Part shown: in pieces, positions 38,469-48,459 of the stretch
Numbering within the stretch: position 1 is the stretch's first letter
How the letters are laid out: each line of letters starts with the position of its first letter
DNA from: Alphaproteobacteria bacterium
GTDB lineage: Bacteria; Pseudomonadota; Alphaproteobacteria; UBA2966
Assembly (NCBI GenBank): GCA_964291395.2
Contig: OZ219856.1
Span: 1,632,001-1,696,000, forward strand
Direction: 5' to 3'
DNA: 64,000 nucleotides
Made by a program: the position numbers and the translations under genes
Notes under the pieces: generated by a model
Told to the model about the DNA's origin: nothing
Databases searched by the model: none
What the model saw: only the letters and a program-made list of their open reading frames with translations

Positions 38469-40271
38469 TCACGCGACGAGACGGTGCCCGCGGGCCAGCG
38501 ACTCGGGAACGGCGATTTCGATGTCCAGCAGCATCTGCGCAAAGGCCTTGGCCTGCGGGTCCATGCGCAACGAGGCGATGCCCCCGCCGCCCAGCGCCTC
38601 GTGCAGCATGAAATTGAACGCCTGGATGCCCGGCAGCTCGTACCGCCGGACCGGGCCGTCCAGCACGTGTCCGAAATACTTCGCGACGGCGTCTTCCGTC
38701 AGGCGGGCGCGAAGCACGGGAACGAAATCGGGATGGCGGGCGATCACCCCGATGTTGGCGCTGTCGCCCTTGTCGCCGCTTCGTGCCAGGGCGAGCTTGA
38801 CCAGGGGCACGGGAATCGAGGGCTCCGACGGGTCGGGCAGATCCGCGCCTCCGGCCGGCGGGCGGGGTTCGGGCCGTTCGGCCGGCAGGGACGGGACATG
38901 CGCCGGGATCTCGATCGTCTTCCCGCCCGCGGCGACGGAGGCCGGGACCAGGCCCTTGTCGATCAGGAACGAATGCAGCCGCACCACCGGCGAGACGCGC
39001 GGCCGCCCCCCGAAGATTCCGGTCACGCCCGGCGCCATTCCCGTGACAGCGGGCGCGATCTCGCGCGCGAAGATCTCGGCGGCCTCCCGCGAATCGTGGT
39101 GGACGGCGATCTTGACCATGACCTCGCGCGTGCCCCGCGCGCGGGCATGGGCGCCGTACGTGGCTTCGGCGCCGAGGATCTCGACGTCGGTGTCGCGGTA
39201 GTCGCCGAGGTTGCTCTCGCGAAACAGGCGGCGCGTGCGCCGGAGGATCGCGTCGGCGACGGCATCGCCCTTGAGCCTGGCGTCGATCCCCCCGATCATG
39301 AACAGGGCCGTCGCCCGATATCCGTCCATGTGGGTCGCGTTGACCTTGTAGGTCGGCGTGGCCCCGAGCCCCCTGGCGCCCGTCACCCGCACCCTGTCCG
39401 GCCCGACGTCCTCGAACGTGACGCCGGTGAAATCGCAGACGACGTCCGGCAGGACGTAGTTGGCGGGATCTCCCAGCTCGTAGAGCATCTGCTCGCCGAC
39501 CGTGCCGCGGCTGACCAGCCCGCCGGTGCCCTCCGGCTTGGACACCGTGAAACTGCCGTCCGGTTCGCAGTCGATGAACGGGAAGCCGATATCGTGCCAG
39601 CCGTCGGCCGCCAGGCGCCAATCGGTGAAGTTCCCGCCGGTGGCCTGGGCCCCGCATTCGACGATGTGGCCGGCGAGGCTGCCCGCGGCGAGCCGGTCGT
39701 AGTCGTCGTCCGCCCAGCCGAATTCGTGCATCAGCGGCCCCAGCACGACCGCCGAGTCGGCGCATTTGCCCGTGATCACGATCCGCGCCCCGGCGCCCAG
39801 CGCCTCGGCGATGGGCCGGCCCCCGAGGTAGGCGTTGAGGCTTTGGGTGTCATCGGGGAACGGCGCCCCCGTGAACATCTCGCTCTTGTCGATGTCCCGG
39901 AGGTCGCCCAGTCTCGGCATCAGGTCGTCGCCCGTGACCACCGCGATGTCGATATCGATGCCCGCATCCGACGCCATCCTGGCGACCGCGTCCCGGCACG
40001 CCTGCGGATTGACCCCCCCGGCGTTGCTGACGACCTTGACGTCGTTCGCCACGACGTCGGCGAGGATGTCCGCCATGACGGGATCGACGAAGTCGACGGC
40101 ATACCCCAGGTCCGGATCGCGGCGCCGCGCCCGTGCCAGGAGAGACATGGTGACCTCGGCGAGGTAGTCGAACACCAGGTAATCGACATCACCCCGGCGC
40201 ACCAGTTGCCTGGGGGCGCTCGGCGTGTCGCCCCAGAACCCGGCGCCGCAGCCGATTCTGACGGTTTTCAC
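38469..40271 (-). CDS. atuA: Acyclic terpene utilization AtuA family (DUF1446)
   Basis: RIGCGAGFWGD, DYLAEVTM, NAGGVNP, GHIVECGAQATGG, ARSGDKG, LRMDPQAK. Confidence 0.92.
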   Translation of the reverse strand: MKTVRIGCGAGFWGDTPSAPRQLVRRGDVDYLVFDYLAEVTMSLLARARRRDPDLGYAVDFVDPVMADILADVVANDVKVVSNAGGVNPQACRDAVARMASDAGIDIDIAVVTGDDLMPRLGDLRDIDKSEMFTGAPFPDDTQSLNAYLGGRPIAEALGAGARIVITGKCADSAVVLGPLMHEFGWADDDYDRLAAGSLAGHIVECGAQATGGNFTDWRLAADGWHDIGFPFIDCEPDGSFTVSKPEGTGGLVSRGTVGEQMLYELGDPANYVLPDVVCDFTGVTFEDVGPDRVRVTGARGLGATPTYKVNATHMDGYRATALFMIGGIDARLKGDAVADAILRRTRRLFRESNLGDYRDTDVEILGAEATYGAHARARGTREVMVKIAVHHDSREAAEIFAREIAPAVTGMAPGVTGIFGGRPRVSPVVRLHSFLIDKGLVPASVAAGGKTIEIPAHVPSLPAERPEPRPPAGGADLPDPSEPSIPVPLVKLALARSGDKGDSANIGVIARHPDFVPVLRARLTEDAVAKYFGHVLDGPVRRYELPGIQAFNFMLHEALGGGGIASLRMDPQAKAFAQMLLDIEIAVPESLARGHRLVA

Positions 40272-40288
40272 GGGCCGCTCCTTCCGGT

Positions 40289-41080
40289 TCACCGGCCCGG
40301 CCAGTCCGGGTCGCGCTTTTCCTGGAATGCCGCGAAACCTTCCCGCGCGTCCTCGGTCATGGACATGCGGGCGACGTTGGCCTCGGCGAAGGCGAACGCC
40401 TGCTGCAGCGGCATGTCCTGCAGGGCGTGCACGCCGTTCTTGCCGTGCCGCAAGGCCGTGGGGGATTGCTTCAGGATCCGGTCGAGCAGCCAGTCCACCT
40501 TCTCGTCCAATCGGTCGGCCGGGACCACGTGATTGACCAGCCCCATCGCCAAAGCCTCCTGCGCCGTGAACGGATCGCCGGTCAGGCACATCTCCATCAG
40601 CTTGCGCCGGGGGACCAGCCGCAGCATGTAGCCCAGGATCTGCATCGGGAACAGGCCGATCTTCACTTCCGGCACGCCGAATTTGGCGGTGTCCGCGGCG
40701 ACCGCCAGGTCGCATCCGCACAACAGCCCCATGCCGCCCGCCAGAACGTGCCCGTTGACCCGGGCGAGCATCGGCAGGTTGCAGGCCTCGAACGCCCGAA
40801 AGACCTGGGTCAGGGCGTTGTGAGGCGCCGCCATGTCCGGCTTGACCGGAGACGCGGAGCCCTCCGCCTTGATATCGGCGCCCGCGCAAAAAGCCCGGTC
40901 CCCGGCCCCCGTGAGGACGATCGCGCGGAGGCCCGGATCGTCGTTCGCCTCGAGAACGGCGGTCCGGATGCGCTGCAGAACGCCCTCGTTGATGGCGTTG
41001 CGGCTTTCCGGCCGATTGATCGTGATCCAGCGCACGTCGCCGCGGCGCTCGACCAGAAGCTCGTGGTCTTCATTCGACAT
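40289..41080 (-). CDS. Enoyl-CoA hydratase/isomerase family
   Basis: INRPESRNA, FCAGADI, AGGMGL, PEVKIG, AFQEKR. Confidence 0.93.
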   Translation of the reverse strand: MSNEDHELLVERRGDVRWITINRPESRNAINEGVLQRIRTAVLEANDDPGLRAIVLTGAGDRAFCAGADIKAEGSASPVKPDMAAPHNALTQVFRAFEACNLPMLARVNGHVLAGGMGLLCGCDLAVAADTAKFGVPEVKIGLFPMQILGYMLRLVPRRKLMEMCLTGDPFTAQEALAMGLVNHVVPADRLDEKVDWLLDRILKQSPTALRHGKNGVHALQDMPLQQAFAFAEANVARMSMTEDAREGFAAFQEKRDPDWPGR

Positions 41081-41339
41081 GATGGGATCGCTCCGGACTA
41101 TCGATGACGGGTGGATTCGTCCGGTTTTCATAGCACATCGGGCGGCCGCTTCCGTCGCGGCCGTCGGGTCGGCGGGGAAGCGGCGGCGGCCCGTCGGCCC
41201 CCGGGCGACGCATATTTGGGTTTCCATCCATTGACGCGGCGGCGCCGAGTCGCCATACAGGTTTCCTGACCGCCGAACGATCGACCGATTCGGCGGACGA
41301 GAAGAAGCACATCGAGCCGCCCGGGGGCCGGTTTACGTC

Positions 41340-42632
41340 ATGGAAAGCATCATCCTGCTCGCTTGCCTTATCACGTTGGTGCTGCTCGGCGCGCCGATCG
41401 GCTTCACGCTGATCCTGCTGCCGGTGGCCTACATCCTGCTCTTCGATCCGGGCGTGCCCCTGAACCTGATCCCGACCCAGATGTTCGACGTGCTCGATTC
41501 GGTGACGCTCACGGCGATCCCCTTCTTCATGCTGACCGGCGAGCTCATGAGCACGGGCAAGATCACCGACCGGTTGGTGGAGCTCTCCGCGCGCATCATC
41601 GGGCGCATGCGCGGCAGCCTGGCCCAGGTGAACATCCTGGTGAGCATGTTCTTCGCCGGCATGAACGGCTCGGTCGTGGCGGACACGGCCACCGTCGGCT
41701 CGCTGCTCATCCCGGCCATGAAGCTTCGCGGCTACGAGCCCGAATACGCCGCCGCGCTCACCTCGGTCAGCGCCACGATCGGCGGCATCATCCCACCCAG
41801 CATCGCCATGGTCATTCTTGCGAACGCGGGCGGCATTTCGGTCGGCGCCCTGTTCGCCGCCGGCATCATCCCGGGTCTCCTGATCGGGATGACCCTGATG
41901 GTCATGACCTACGTCATCGCGGTCAAGCGCAACTACGAGCGCAGCGAGGAGGATTTCAGTTGGGTCGCGCTGGGCAAGGCCTTCCTCAACGCATCCTTCG
42001 CGCTGGTCATTCCCGTCGTGCTGGTGGGGTCGGTCATGGGCGGCATCGCCGGCGTCGTGGAGGCCGGCGCCATCACCGCGTGCGTGGCACTGGGACTCGG
42101 CGCCTTCGTTTACAGGACCGTCACCTGGGCATCGGTCGTTCAGGCCTTCATCCGCGCCTTTCGGACCAGCGCCATCGTCTTCATCATCCTCTCCGCCGCC
42201 GGTCCGTTCAGCTGGCTGCTGACCATCCTGGGCGCGATCAACCTGCTCAGCGAATGGCTGCTCAGCTACGCCGACACGCCGATCCTGTTCGCGACGGTCC
42301 TCGTGCTCTTCATCTACTTCATCGGCATGGTGATGGACGCCGGCGCCAACATCATCGTGCTGGGACCGGTGTTGATCCACATCTGCGTGCAGGCCGGGTA
42401 TCCGGCCGAACAGGCCGCGATGATCATGGTCATCGGCTTTCTCTTCGGGACCGTGACGCCGCCCATCGGCGTGGCGTACTTCACCGCTGCGGCCGTGGCG
42501 CGGGCGACGCTGGAGTCCGTCGCCGTATCGATGCTGCCCTACCTCGTCGCCTTGTTCTTCCTCCTGTTCGCCGTCATCCTGGTGCCGCCGATCACGATGT
42601 GGCTGCCGACGGCATGGGGATTCATCCGCTAG
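41340..42632 (+). CDS. dctM: TRAP transporter large permease
   Basis: AIPFFMLTGELM, IIPPSI, TPPIG. Confidence 0.93.
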   Translation: MESIILLACLITLVLLGAPIGFTLILLPVAYILLFDPGVPLNLIPTQMFDVLDSVTLTAIPFFMLTGELMSTGKITDRLVELSARIIGRMRGSLAQVNILVSMFFAGMNGSVVADTATVGSLLIPAMKLRGYEPEYAAALTSVSATIGGIIPPSIAMVILANAGGISVGALFAAGIIPGLLIGMTLMVMTYVIAVKRNYERSEEDFSWVALGKAFLNASFALVIPVVLVGSVMGGIAGVVEAGAITACVALGLGAFVYRTVTWASVVQAFIRAFRTSAIVFIILSAAGPFSWLLTILGAINLLSEWLLSYADTPILFATVLVLFIYFIGMVMDAGANIIVLGPVLIHICVQAGYPAEQAAMIMVIGFLFGTVTPPIGVAYFTAAAVARATLESVAVSMLPYLVALFFLLFAVILVPPITMWLPTAWGFIR

Positions 42633-42645
42633 GGGATCGGTCGAT

Positions 42646-43176
42646 ATGCTGGACGCCCTGAGAGCTCTCGATCTGTGGATCCGCCGGCTCCTGACCTGGT
42701 TCTGTGCGGTCCTGCTCGCCATGATGGTGGTGTTCACCGTCTACACGGTGTTCATGCGCTACGTCTTCGAGAACCCGCCCCCCTGGGGCGATCAGATGGC
42801 GGTGTTCAGTTGCATCTGGCTGGTGTTCATCGCCTTGGCCCTGACTACGCGGGAGAAGGAGCACATCGCGCTCGACATGCTCTACACCTATCTGCCGCTG
42901 AAGTGGTCTTTCACGGTCCAGCAGGCCTGGAACCTCATCATCTGCGCGCTCGGGTTCGTTCTGCTGGTCTACGGCTACGACACCGCGATCAACAATTTCG
43001 GCAAGTACTGGGAGCTCAACTACCTGCCCAAGAAGTATCCGATGATGATCCTGCCCACCACGGGAGGGCTGATCATGATCGGCTCGTTCGTCGCCTTCCT
43101 GGAGGACTGGGCCAGGTACAAGAAGGGCGAGTTCGTCGCCAAGGAGCCCCTCGACGAGGCCGTCGGCGGCGCCTGA
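42646..43176 (+). CDS. dctQ: TRAP transporter small permease
   Basis: Four TMs, MRYVF, W..F, EHIALD. Confidence 0.9.
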   Translation: MLDALRALDLWIRRLLTWFCAVLLAMMVVFTVYTVFMRYVFENPPPWGDQMAVFSCIWLVFIALALTTREKEHIALDMLYTYLPLKWSFTVQQAWNLIICALGFVLLVYGYDTAINNFGKYWELNYLPKKYPMMILPTTGGLIMIGSFVAFLEDWARYKKGEFVAKEPLDEAVGGA

Positions 43177-43225
43177 GCCAAATTCATCTGAGGATCGAGG
43201 CGCCGGCGAGCGGCGCGTCCCGAAG

Positions 43226-43251
43226 AAAAAAGGGGGCCGGAGGCCCCCTTT
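43226..43251. terminator. Intrinsic, likely bidirectional terminator
   Basis: AAAAAAGGGGGCC-GGA-GGCCCCCTTT between convergent dctQ and dctP. Confidence 0.85.
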
Positions 43252-43277
43252 GAAATGAATTCGGTTGACGGCTTCGC

Positions 43278-44318
43278 CTAGAGCGCGCCGCCCTTCTTGA
43301 GAGAGTCGATGAACGAGTCGAGACCCTGCTCGGCGAGAGCCCGCTCGGCCAACTCGGGCTCATAGGCACCCTTGGCGTCCGCCCAGGCCCCGACGGCACC
43401 AGCCCGCCACATGTCCATCTCGGCGTCGCTCGGCTTGTACCACTCTTCGATCTGCTCCTTGAGCAATGCCGTCTGTTCCTTCACCCACTCGTTGTCGAGC
43501 GTGCGTGCCATGTGCGAAAAGGCGTCCATGCCGGCCCGTACCCACGCCTTCTCGTCGTCCGACAAGGCTCTGTACTGCTTCAGGTCCATGGAGATGTGAT
43601 TGCCGCCCCACGCACCGCCGATCTCGGTGTAGAACTTCTGCACCTCGTACATCTTGTAGACGTACTGCCACGGCACCTGCACGTACTGCCCCGAGACGAC
43701 GCCCGTCTGCAGGCCCTGATAGAGCTGCAGCCAGTCGTACGGCACCGGGATCGCGCCCCAGGTCTTGATCAGGGTGTACTCGATCGGGCTCTTGGTCACG
43801 CGGATCTTGATGCCCTTCAGGTCGCTGGGGACGTGAACCGAACGGGCCGCGTTGCCCAGGTGACGGAACCCGCCCGAGGCAAATACCTCGAAGACCTTGT
43901 GCTGGGTCGTCTCCTCGGCGATCTTGCTCTGAGCCTCGCCGAGCCAGGTATCCGAGATCTGATTGGCGGTGTCCAGGTTCTTGAACAGGTACGGAAGGTC
44001 GAAGATCGACAGGGCCGTCCCGAAGTTGCCGAAGTTGGCCGTCGAGCTCGTCCAGATCGCCAGCAGGCCCTGGTTCGCCTGCTCGCCGCACTTCTGCTCG
44101 CCGCAGATGGAGCCGCGATAGTGCGGATCGACGGTGAGCTGACCGCCGGAAACCTCCGCAACCTTCGGCACCAAACCCTGGTCCATGGCATCGCCGAGCG
44201 GCAGGCCCGGACGGCCTACGGAGCCGAGCTTGAGCACCTTCTGGGCGTCGGCGGCATCCGCGCCGATCGCCATGATCGCCGCAACCGCTGCCGCCACGAA
44301 AAGTGAACGCCTTTGCAT
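43278..44318 (-). CDS. dctP: TRAP transporter substrate-binding protein
   Basis: Signal peptide, FDLPYLF, GFR, DLKGIKIRV, LYQGLQTGVV. Confidence 0.92.
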   Translation of the reverse strand: MQRRSLFVAAAVAAIMAIGADAADAQKVLKLGSVGRPGLPLGDAMDQGLVPKVAEVSGGQLTVDPHYRGSICGEQKCGEQANQGLLAIWTSSTANFGNFGTALSIFDLPYLFKNLDTANQISDTWLGEAQSKIAEETTQHKVFEVFASGGFRHLGNAARSVHVPSDLKGIKIRVTKSPIEYTLIKTWGAIPVPYDWLQLYQGLQTGVVSGQYVQVPWQYVYKMYEVQKFYTEIGGAWGGNHISMDLKQYRALSDDEKAWVRAGMDAFSHMARTLDNEWVKEQTALLKEQIEEWYKPSDAEMDMWRAGAVGAWADAKGAYEPELAERALAEQGLDSFIDSLKKGGAL

Positions 44319-44495
44319 AGATGTCCTCCCCTTGATTAGTTGGACGATTGTCGAGGGATATATCCCACTGACGGCGGCGAAGACCGCCGCCGAGGAACGC
44401 CGCATCGTCGACTAACCGATACGCGAACGGCCCAGGCTCTTACCAAGCCGTACGTACCATGCCAAGCAACGAGGGCGGCGCATAATGACACAAGT

Positions 44496-44564
44496 GCGCG
44501 GGGCCGATCCAGTTTTTGAAAGGGATTGCGACAGGGGATTTTGATCAGGATCGTCGCGGTGGTC
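44496..44564. repeat. 69-bp repeat, copy 1 (copy 2 at 45310-45378; 5' end also at 59825-59839)
   Basis: GCGCGGGGCCGATCCAGTTTT..GGGATT.CGACAGGGGATTT..GGAT.GTCGCGGTGGTC. Confidence 0.85.
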
Positions 44565-44831
44565 TTCGGGTGCTCGTCCAGATGATGGACATGGGGCACC
44601 GCGTCGAAGGGGAGACAGACCCACCCGGCCCAGTAGTAGTCGATCGTCAGTTCCGAGAGCGGTGGAAACTTGTTCCGTAACGCCCCGAGCAATCGGGCCT
44701 TCCATCTCGGGCGGTCGACCGTGCGCTCGTCGATGGGGCCGCGGCCTCCCATCATGATGCGGTCGTCCGGCAGGCGCCGGTAGTAGAAGAGCACGTGCCG
44801 CGTGTCCGCGACCGGCGCGGTCGAGCGGAAA
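44565..44831 (-). pseudogene. 267-bp fragment of a diverged allele of the FAD oxidoreductase (matches 45610-45876)
   Basis: Ungapped match with 12 substitutions by my count. Confidence 0.9.
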
Positions 44832-44999
44832 ATGATAATATCGGATAATGACAATGGGCTGAGGGAAATTCCCTTCCGTTCACGAACCGCATCTTCGCGC
44901 TGGTCGCGGCCGAGCGGAATCGCCCACGTACGGCCATGCAGCATGTGGTGTGAGCCGAGTAGTGAAGGCGGAGAGAAGCATCCAACCCGGGGAACCAAG

Positions 45000-45224
45000 A
45001 TGACCGACACGCTGATCGAACGGAATCCGGACATACTTGGCGGGACCCCCGTTTTCGCGGGAACCCGGGTTCCGGTACGCATATTGATGGAGCATCTCGA
45101 GGCGGGGGACCGGCTCGACGACTTCCTGACGGACTACCCCACCGTGTCCCGGTGGCAGGCAGTAGCATTGTTGGAACGGGCGACCACGATGCTGGTATCG
45201 GGCGGCGATGAAGCTGCTGCTTGA
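45000..45224 (+). CDS. DUF433 domain antitoxin
   Basis: RNPDILGGTPVFAGTRVPV..L...LEAG..LD.FL.DYP. Confidence 0.92.
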   Translation: MTDTLIERNPDILGGTPVFAGTRVPVRILMEHLEAGDRLDDFLTDYPTVSRWQAVALLERATTMLVSGGDEAAA

Positions 45225-45309
45225 CGAATCGGTGCCGAAGCGCCTCGCCCTGTCCTTCCCCGAATCGTTCGTGCTGGCCCCGAACCTTCGCATACTTGCG
45301 GTGCCTTGA
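45208..45309 (+). pseudogene. Truncated DUF5615 PIN-like toxin
   Basis: MKLLLDESVPKRL N-terminus overlapping DUF433; ends after 33 aa at the 69-bp repeat. Confidence 0.8.
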
Positions 45310-45378
45310 GCGCGGGGCCGATCCAGTTTTCGAAATGGGATTACGACAGGGGATTTGACCGGGATTGTCGCGGTGGTC
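45310..45378. repeat. 69-bp repeat, copy 2
   Basis: Near-identical to 44496-44564. Confidence 0.85.
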
Positions 45379-45410
45379 CGTAGCTTCGAGAGCGCGTTGC
45401 CGCGGTCGAT

Positions 45411-46784
45411 TCAGGCGTCTTGCAGCCGGTACCACGCGTACATGACGCGCTGGCCGAGACGGCGAAAGGAAGCCAGCGGGAACTCAGGCATGGGGCGGGC
45501 GAGCGCCTCGGGAATTTCTCCGCGGCCTCCGATGCGATCGGCGAGCAGGGAACCGAAATGCAGAGCCGGGGCCACGCCGGTCCCGCAATATCCGAGCGAG
45601 AACCAGACGTTCGGATGCTCGTCCAGATGATGAACATGGGGCACCGCGTCGAAGGGGAGACAGACCCACCCGGCCCAGTAGTGGTCGATCGTCAGTCCCG
45701 AGAGCGGTGGAAACTTGTTCCGCAACGCCCCGAGCAACCGCTTCTTCCATCTCGGGTGGTCGACCGTGCGCTCGTCGATGGGGCCGCGGCCTCCCATCAT
45801 GATGCGGTCGTCCGGCAGGCGCCGGTAGTAGAAGAGCACGTGCCGAGTGTCCGCCACCGGCGCGGTCGAGCGGAAATCGGTCGCCCCCTTCTCGTCCGCC
45901 GTCATCGGACGGGTCACGATGACGTTGGAAAGGACCGGCAGCGTCCGTGCCCTCAGGGCCGGATGCAGGGAGTCGCCGGTGTAGCCGTTGGTGGCGACGA
46001 CCACGTGCTTGGCGCGCGCCAACGCCCGTGGAGTCATGACCGCGTATCCGGAACCGTCGGAGCGCCAGCCGGTGACCGGACTCGCCCGGTGCACCGAAAC
46101 GCCCGCGCCGCGCGCCAGACGCAAGACCCCCTGGGCGAGTTTCAGGGGATGAACCGCGAACCCGTCGGGAAACCGTAGGGCCGCAAAGGCTTCGTCGCTC
46201 CTGAAGTAGTGCTTCTCGATGTCCCCGGCGTCGAGGAGTTCCGCACCGTAACCGAAGGCTTCGTTGAGCAGCTTGTGGTCTTCCGCCAGCCCGCCGATGC
46301 TGGCGGGGCGGTGCGCCACGCGCAGCAGGCCGGTATCCTGCAGGTCGCAATCGATGCCGCCGTCCCCGATCAGGGACCGGACCGTGCCGAGAGCCGAAAG
46401 CTGCTCGTCGAACAGCGCCTTGGCGCCGTCCACACCCCAACGCCGGCGCCAGTCCCGCAACGGAACCCGCCCGATGCCGGGACGGATATTGCCGCCGTTG
46501 CGGCCGCTGCAGCCCCAGCCGGGCACGTTCGCCTCCAGGACGACGACGTCGGCACCGTGGTTCCGAGAAAGGTGATAGGCGCAGCTCAGGCCGGTGTAGC
46601 CGCCGCCGATGACGGCGACGTCCGCCTCGCGGTCCTGGTCGAAAACGCCATCGTCGTCGGGCTGCGGGCCGGCGGTCGCCGCCCAATAGCTGTCCGGTAG
46701 GGACAGGCCCTCGCCGGGGCCCCGGCCCTTCAAGGGGTCGTATGATACGCTTCCGGTCGGAGGCCGCGATCCGGCATCGGGCAT
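45411..46784 (-). CDS. FAD-dependent oxidoreductase (DAO/gamma-glutamylputrescine oxidase-like)
   Basis: SYWAAT, IGGGYTGL, GCSGRNGG, HPLKL, ATNGY, GYCGTGV. Confidence 0.92.
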   Translation of the reverse strand: MPDAGSRPPTGSVSYDPLKGRGPGEGLSLPDSYWAATAGPQPDDDGVFDQDREADVAVIGGGYTGLSCAYHLSRNHGADVVVLEANVPGWGCSGRNGGNIRPGIGRVPLRDWRRRWGVDGAKALFDEQLSALGTVRSLIGDGGIDCDLQDTGLLRVAHRPASIGGLAEDHKLLNEAFGYGAELLDAGDIEKHYFRSDEAFAALRFPDGFAVHPLKLAQGVLRLARGAGVSVHRASPVTGWRSDGSGYAVMTPRALARAKHVVVATNGYTGDSLHPALRARTLPVLSNVIVTRPMTADEKGATDFRSTAPVADTRHVLFYYRRLPDDRIMMGGRGPIDERTVDHPRWKKRLLGALRNKFPPLSGLTIDHYWAGWVCLPFDAVPHVHHLDEHPNVWFSLGYCGTGVAPALHFGSLLADRIGGRGEIPEALARPMPEFPLASFRRLGQRVMYAWYRLQDA

Positions 46785-46802
46785 CGGGATCGGATGCGCG
46801 GA

Positions 46803-48455
46803 CTATTCTGCGGCGTGCGCCGCCGGCGGGGTCACCAGTCCCGACTCGAAGTCCTGCAGCAGGCGCTCGGCCGGCCGCTCCGCCGGATCTCCATAGCCAC
46901 CGCCGCCGCTGGTTTCGGTGACCAGGACATCCCCGCGGTTGAGCTTGAGACTGGTCTTGGAGGCGACCGGAACCTCGCCCCCGGTCTCCCGGATGATCCG
47001 GGTGCGCGTCAGGTCGCCCGGTTCGCCGCCGAAGGCGCCGTCCGGCGCGATGCGGTAGCGGTCCGAGTAGTGGCCCAGCGTGACGTCGTCCGCGAGGATT
47101 TCGAACCTGCGGCGCAACCCGTTCCCGCCCCGGAATTTCCCGCGCCCCCCGGAGTCGGGCCGCAGCGCATATTCGGTGACACGGAAGAAATCGTACTGCT
47201 GGTCCAGGGACTCGACCGGGATGTTGCTGCAGTTGGACAGCGGGCCGTCGATGCCGTCGCTGCCGTCGGAGCCCGGCCCCGCGCCGTAGCCCCCGCCATA
47301 GATCTCGAGATAGATGCTGTAGTTGCCATCCACCAGCCGGCTCATGCAGATGGAATGGGTCGTGTCGAACCCGGTGGCTATGACCTTGTCCGGTACGGCC
47401 TTGGCCAACGCCTTCACGACCGCGTCGAAGGCCCGGAAGGCGGGGATCATGCGCGCCCGCACCGGTGCCGGCGGCTTGGGATTGAGCAGGCTGCCGTAAG
47501 GGGCCGTCACCGTTATCGGCTTCGCCAGACCCTGGTTGAACGGGATGTCGGGCGAGCTGGCCACCGCCTTGACCGCCGCCAAGGCGGCCGAGACCGTCGA
47601 GGCGAAGGGGCAGTTCAGGTTGAGCAACACCTGGTCGGCGGTCCCTGCGAAATCGACCGCGATATCGTCGCCGTCGACCGTTACGGCCGCCTTGATGGGT
47701 AGCGGCTTCGAGTTGATCCCGTCGTCGTCGACGGCGTCCTCGCCGTGATAGACGCCGTCCGGAATCTCCGCGATGGCCGCGCGCATGCGCCGCTCGGAAT
47801 AGGTGAGATGGGAGTCCATGACGGACATGATGGTCCCCGCGCCGTAACGCGCGCAGAGCTGCTTCACCCGCTCGCCGCCGATGGCGTTGGCCGCGAATTG
47901 CGCGTTGAAGTCGCCGATGGTCAGTTCGGGCACGCGGATATTGGCCGCGATCAGGCGCTCGAACGGACCACCGTTCCAGTCGCGCCCCATGTTGTAGCGC
48001 GACGGCGGGATGATGAGCCCTTCCTGATGGACGTCGGTGGCATCCGGGTTCATGCCGGGCGCGCCGCCGCCGAGGTCCAGGTGATGGGCCACGCTCGCGC
48101 TGAACCCGACCAACGTCCGGTCGAAGAAGATCGGCGAGAAGATGAACACGTCCGGCAGGTGCTGACCGCCTTCGAACGGGCTGTTGTTGATGTAGAAATC
48201 GCCCTCTTCGAGTTCCTCGGGAGGGACGGTTTCCGCGCAGGGCTTGAAGGTGGCGCCGAGGGGTCCGAGCTGCATCGGGATCAACTCCGCCTGCGCCACC
48301 ACGTTCCCGTGCCGGTCCAGCAGCGCGGCCGAGCCGTCGCTCGCCTCGCGCAGGATCGTCGAGTAGGCCGAGCGGATCAGCTTCACGCCCATTTCCCGGG
48401 CCGAGGCCACCAGCCCCTGGCTGATCACTGCCTGATCGATGGGGTCCAGGTTCAT
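46803..48455 (-). CDS. Hydantoinase B/oxoprolinase family protein
   Basis: RSAYSTILRE, GGQHLPD, HHLDLGG, QEGL, GGGGYGDP. Confidence 0.92.
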   Translation of the reverse strand: MNLDPIDQAVISQGLVASAREMGVKLIRSAYSTILREASDGSAALLDRHGNVVAQAELIPMQLGPLGATFKPCAETVPPEELEEGDFYINNSPFEGGQHLPDVFIFSPIFFDRTLVGFSASVAHHLDLGGGAPGMNPDATDVHQEGLIIPPSRYNMGRDWNGGPFERLIAANIRVPELTIGDFNAQFAANAIGGERVKQLCARYGAGTIMSVMDSHLTYSERRMRAAIAEIPDGVYHGEDAVDDDGINSKPLPIKAAVTVDGDDIAVDFAGTADQVLLNLNCPFASTVSAALAAVKAVASSPDIPFNQGLAKPITVTAPYGSLLNPKPPAPVRARMIPAFRAFDAVVKALAKAVPDKVIATGFDTTHSICMSRLVDGNYSIYLEIYGGGYGAGPGSDGSDGIDGPLSNCSNIPVESLDQQYDFFRVTEYALRPDSGGRGKFRGGNGLRRRFEILADDVTLGHYSDRYRIAPDGAFGGEPGDLTRTRIIRETGGEVPVASKTSLKLNRGDVLVTETSGGGGYGDPAERPAERLLQDFESGLVTPPAAHAAE

Positions 48456-48459
48456 CTGC

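Noticed and set aside
36500-45400. Integron cassette array explaining the TA modules
   Set aside because: No intI and no recognisable attC (RYYYAAC...GTTRRRY) structures; the modules are dispersed.
44565-45876. Possible DGR template/variable repeat pair
   Set aside because: Differences are not adenine-specific on either strand, half are synonymous, and no reverse transcriptase is present.
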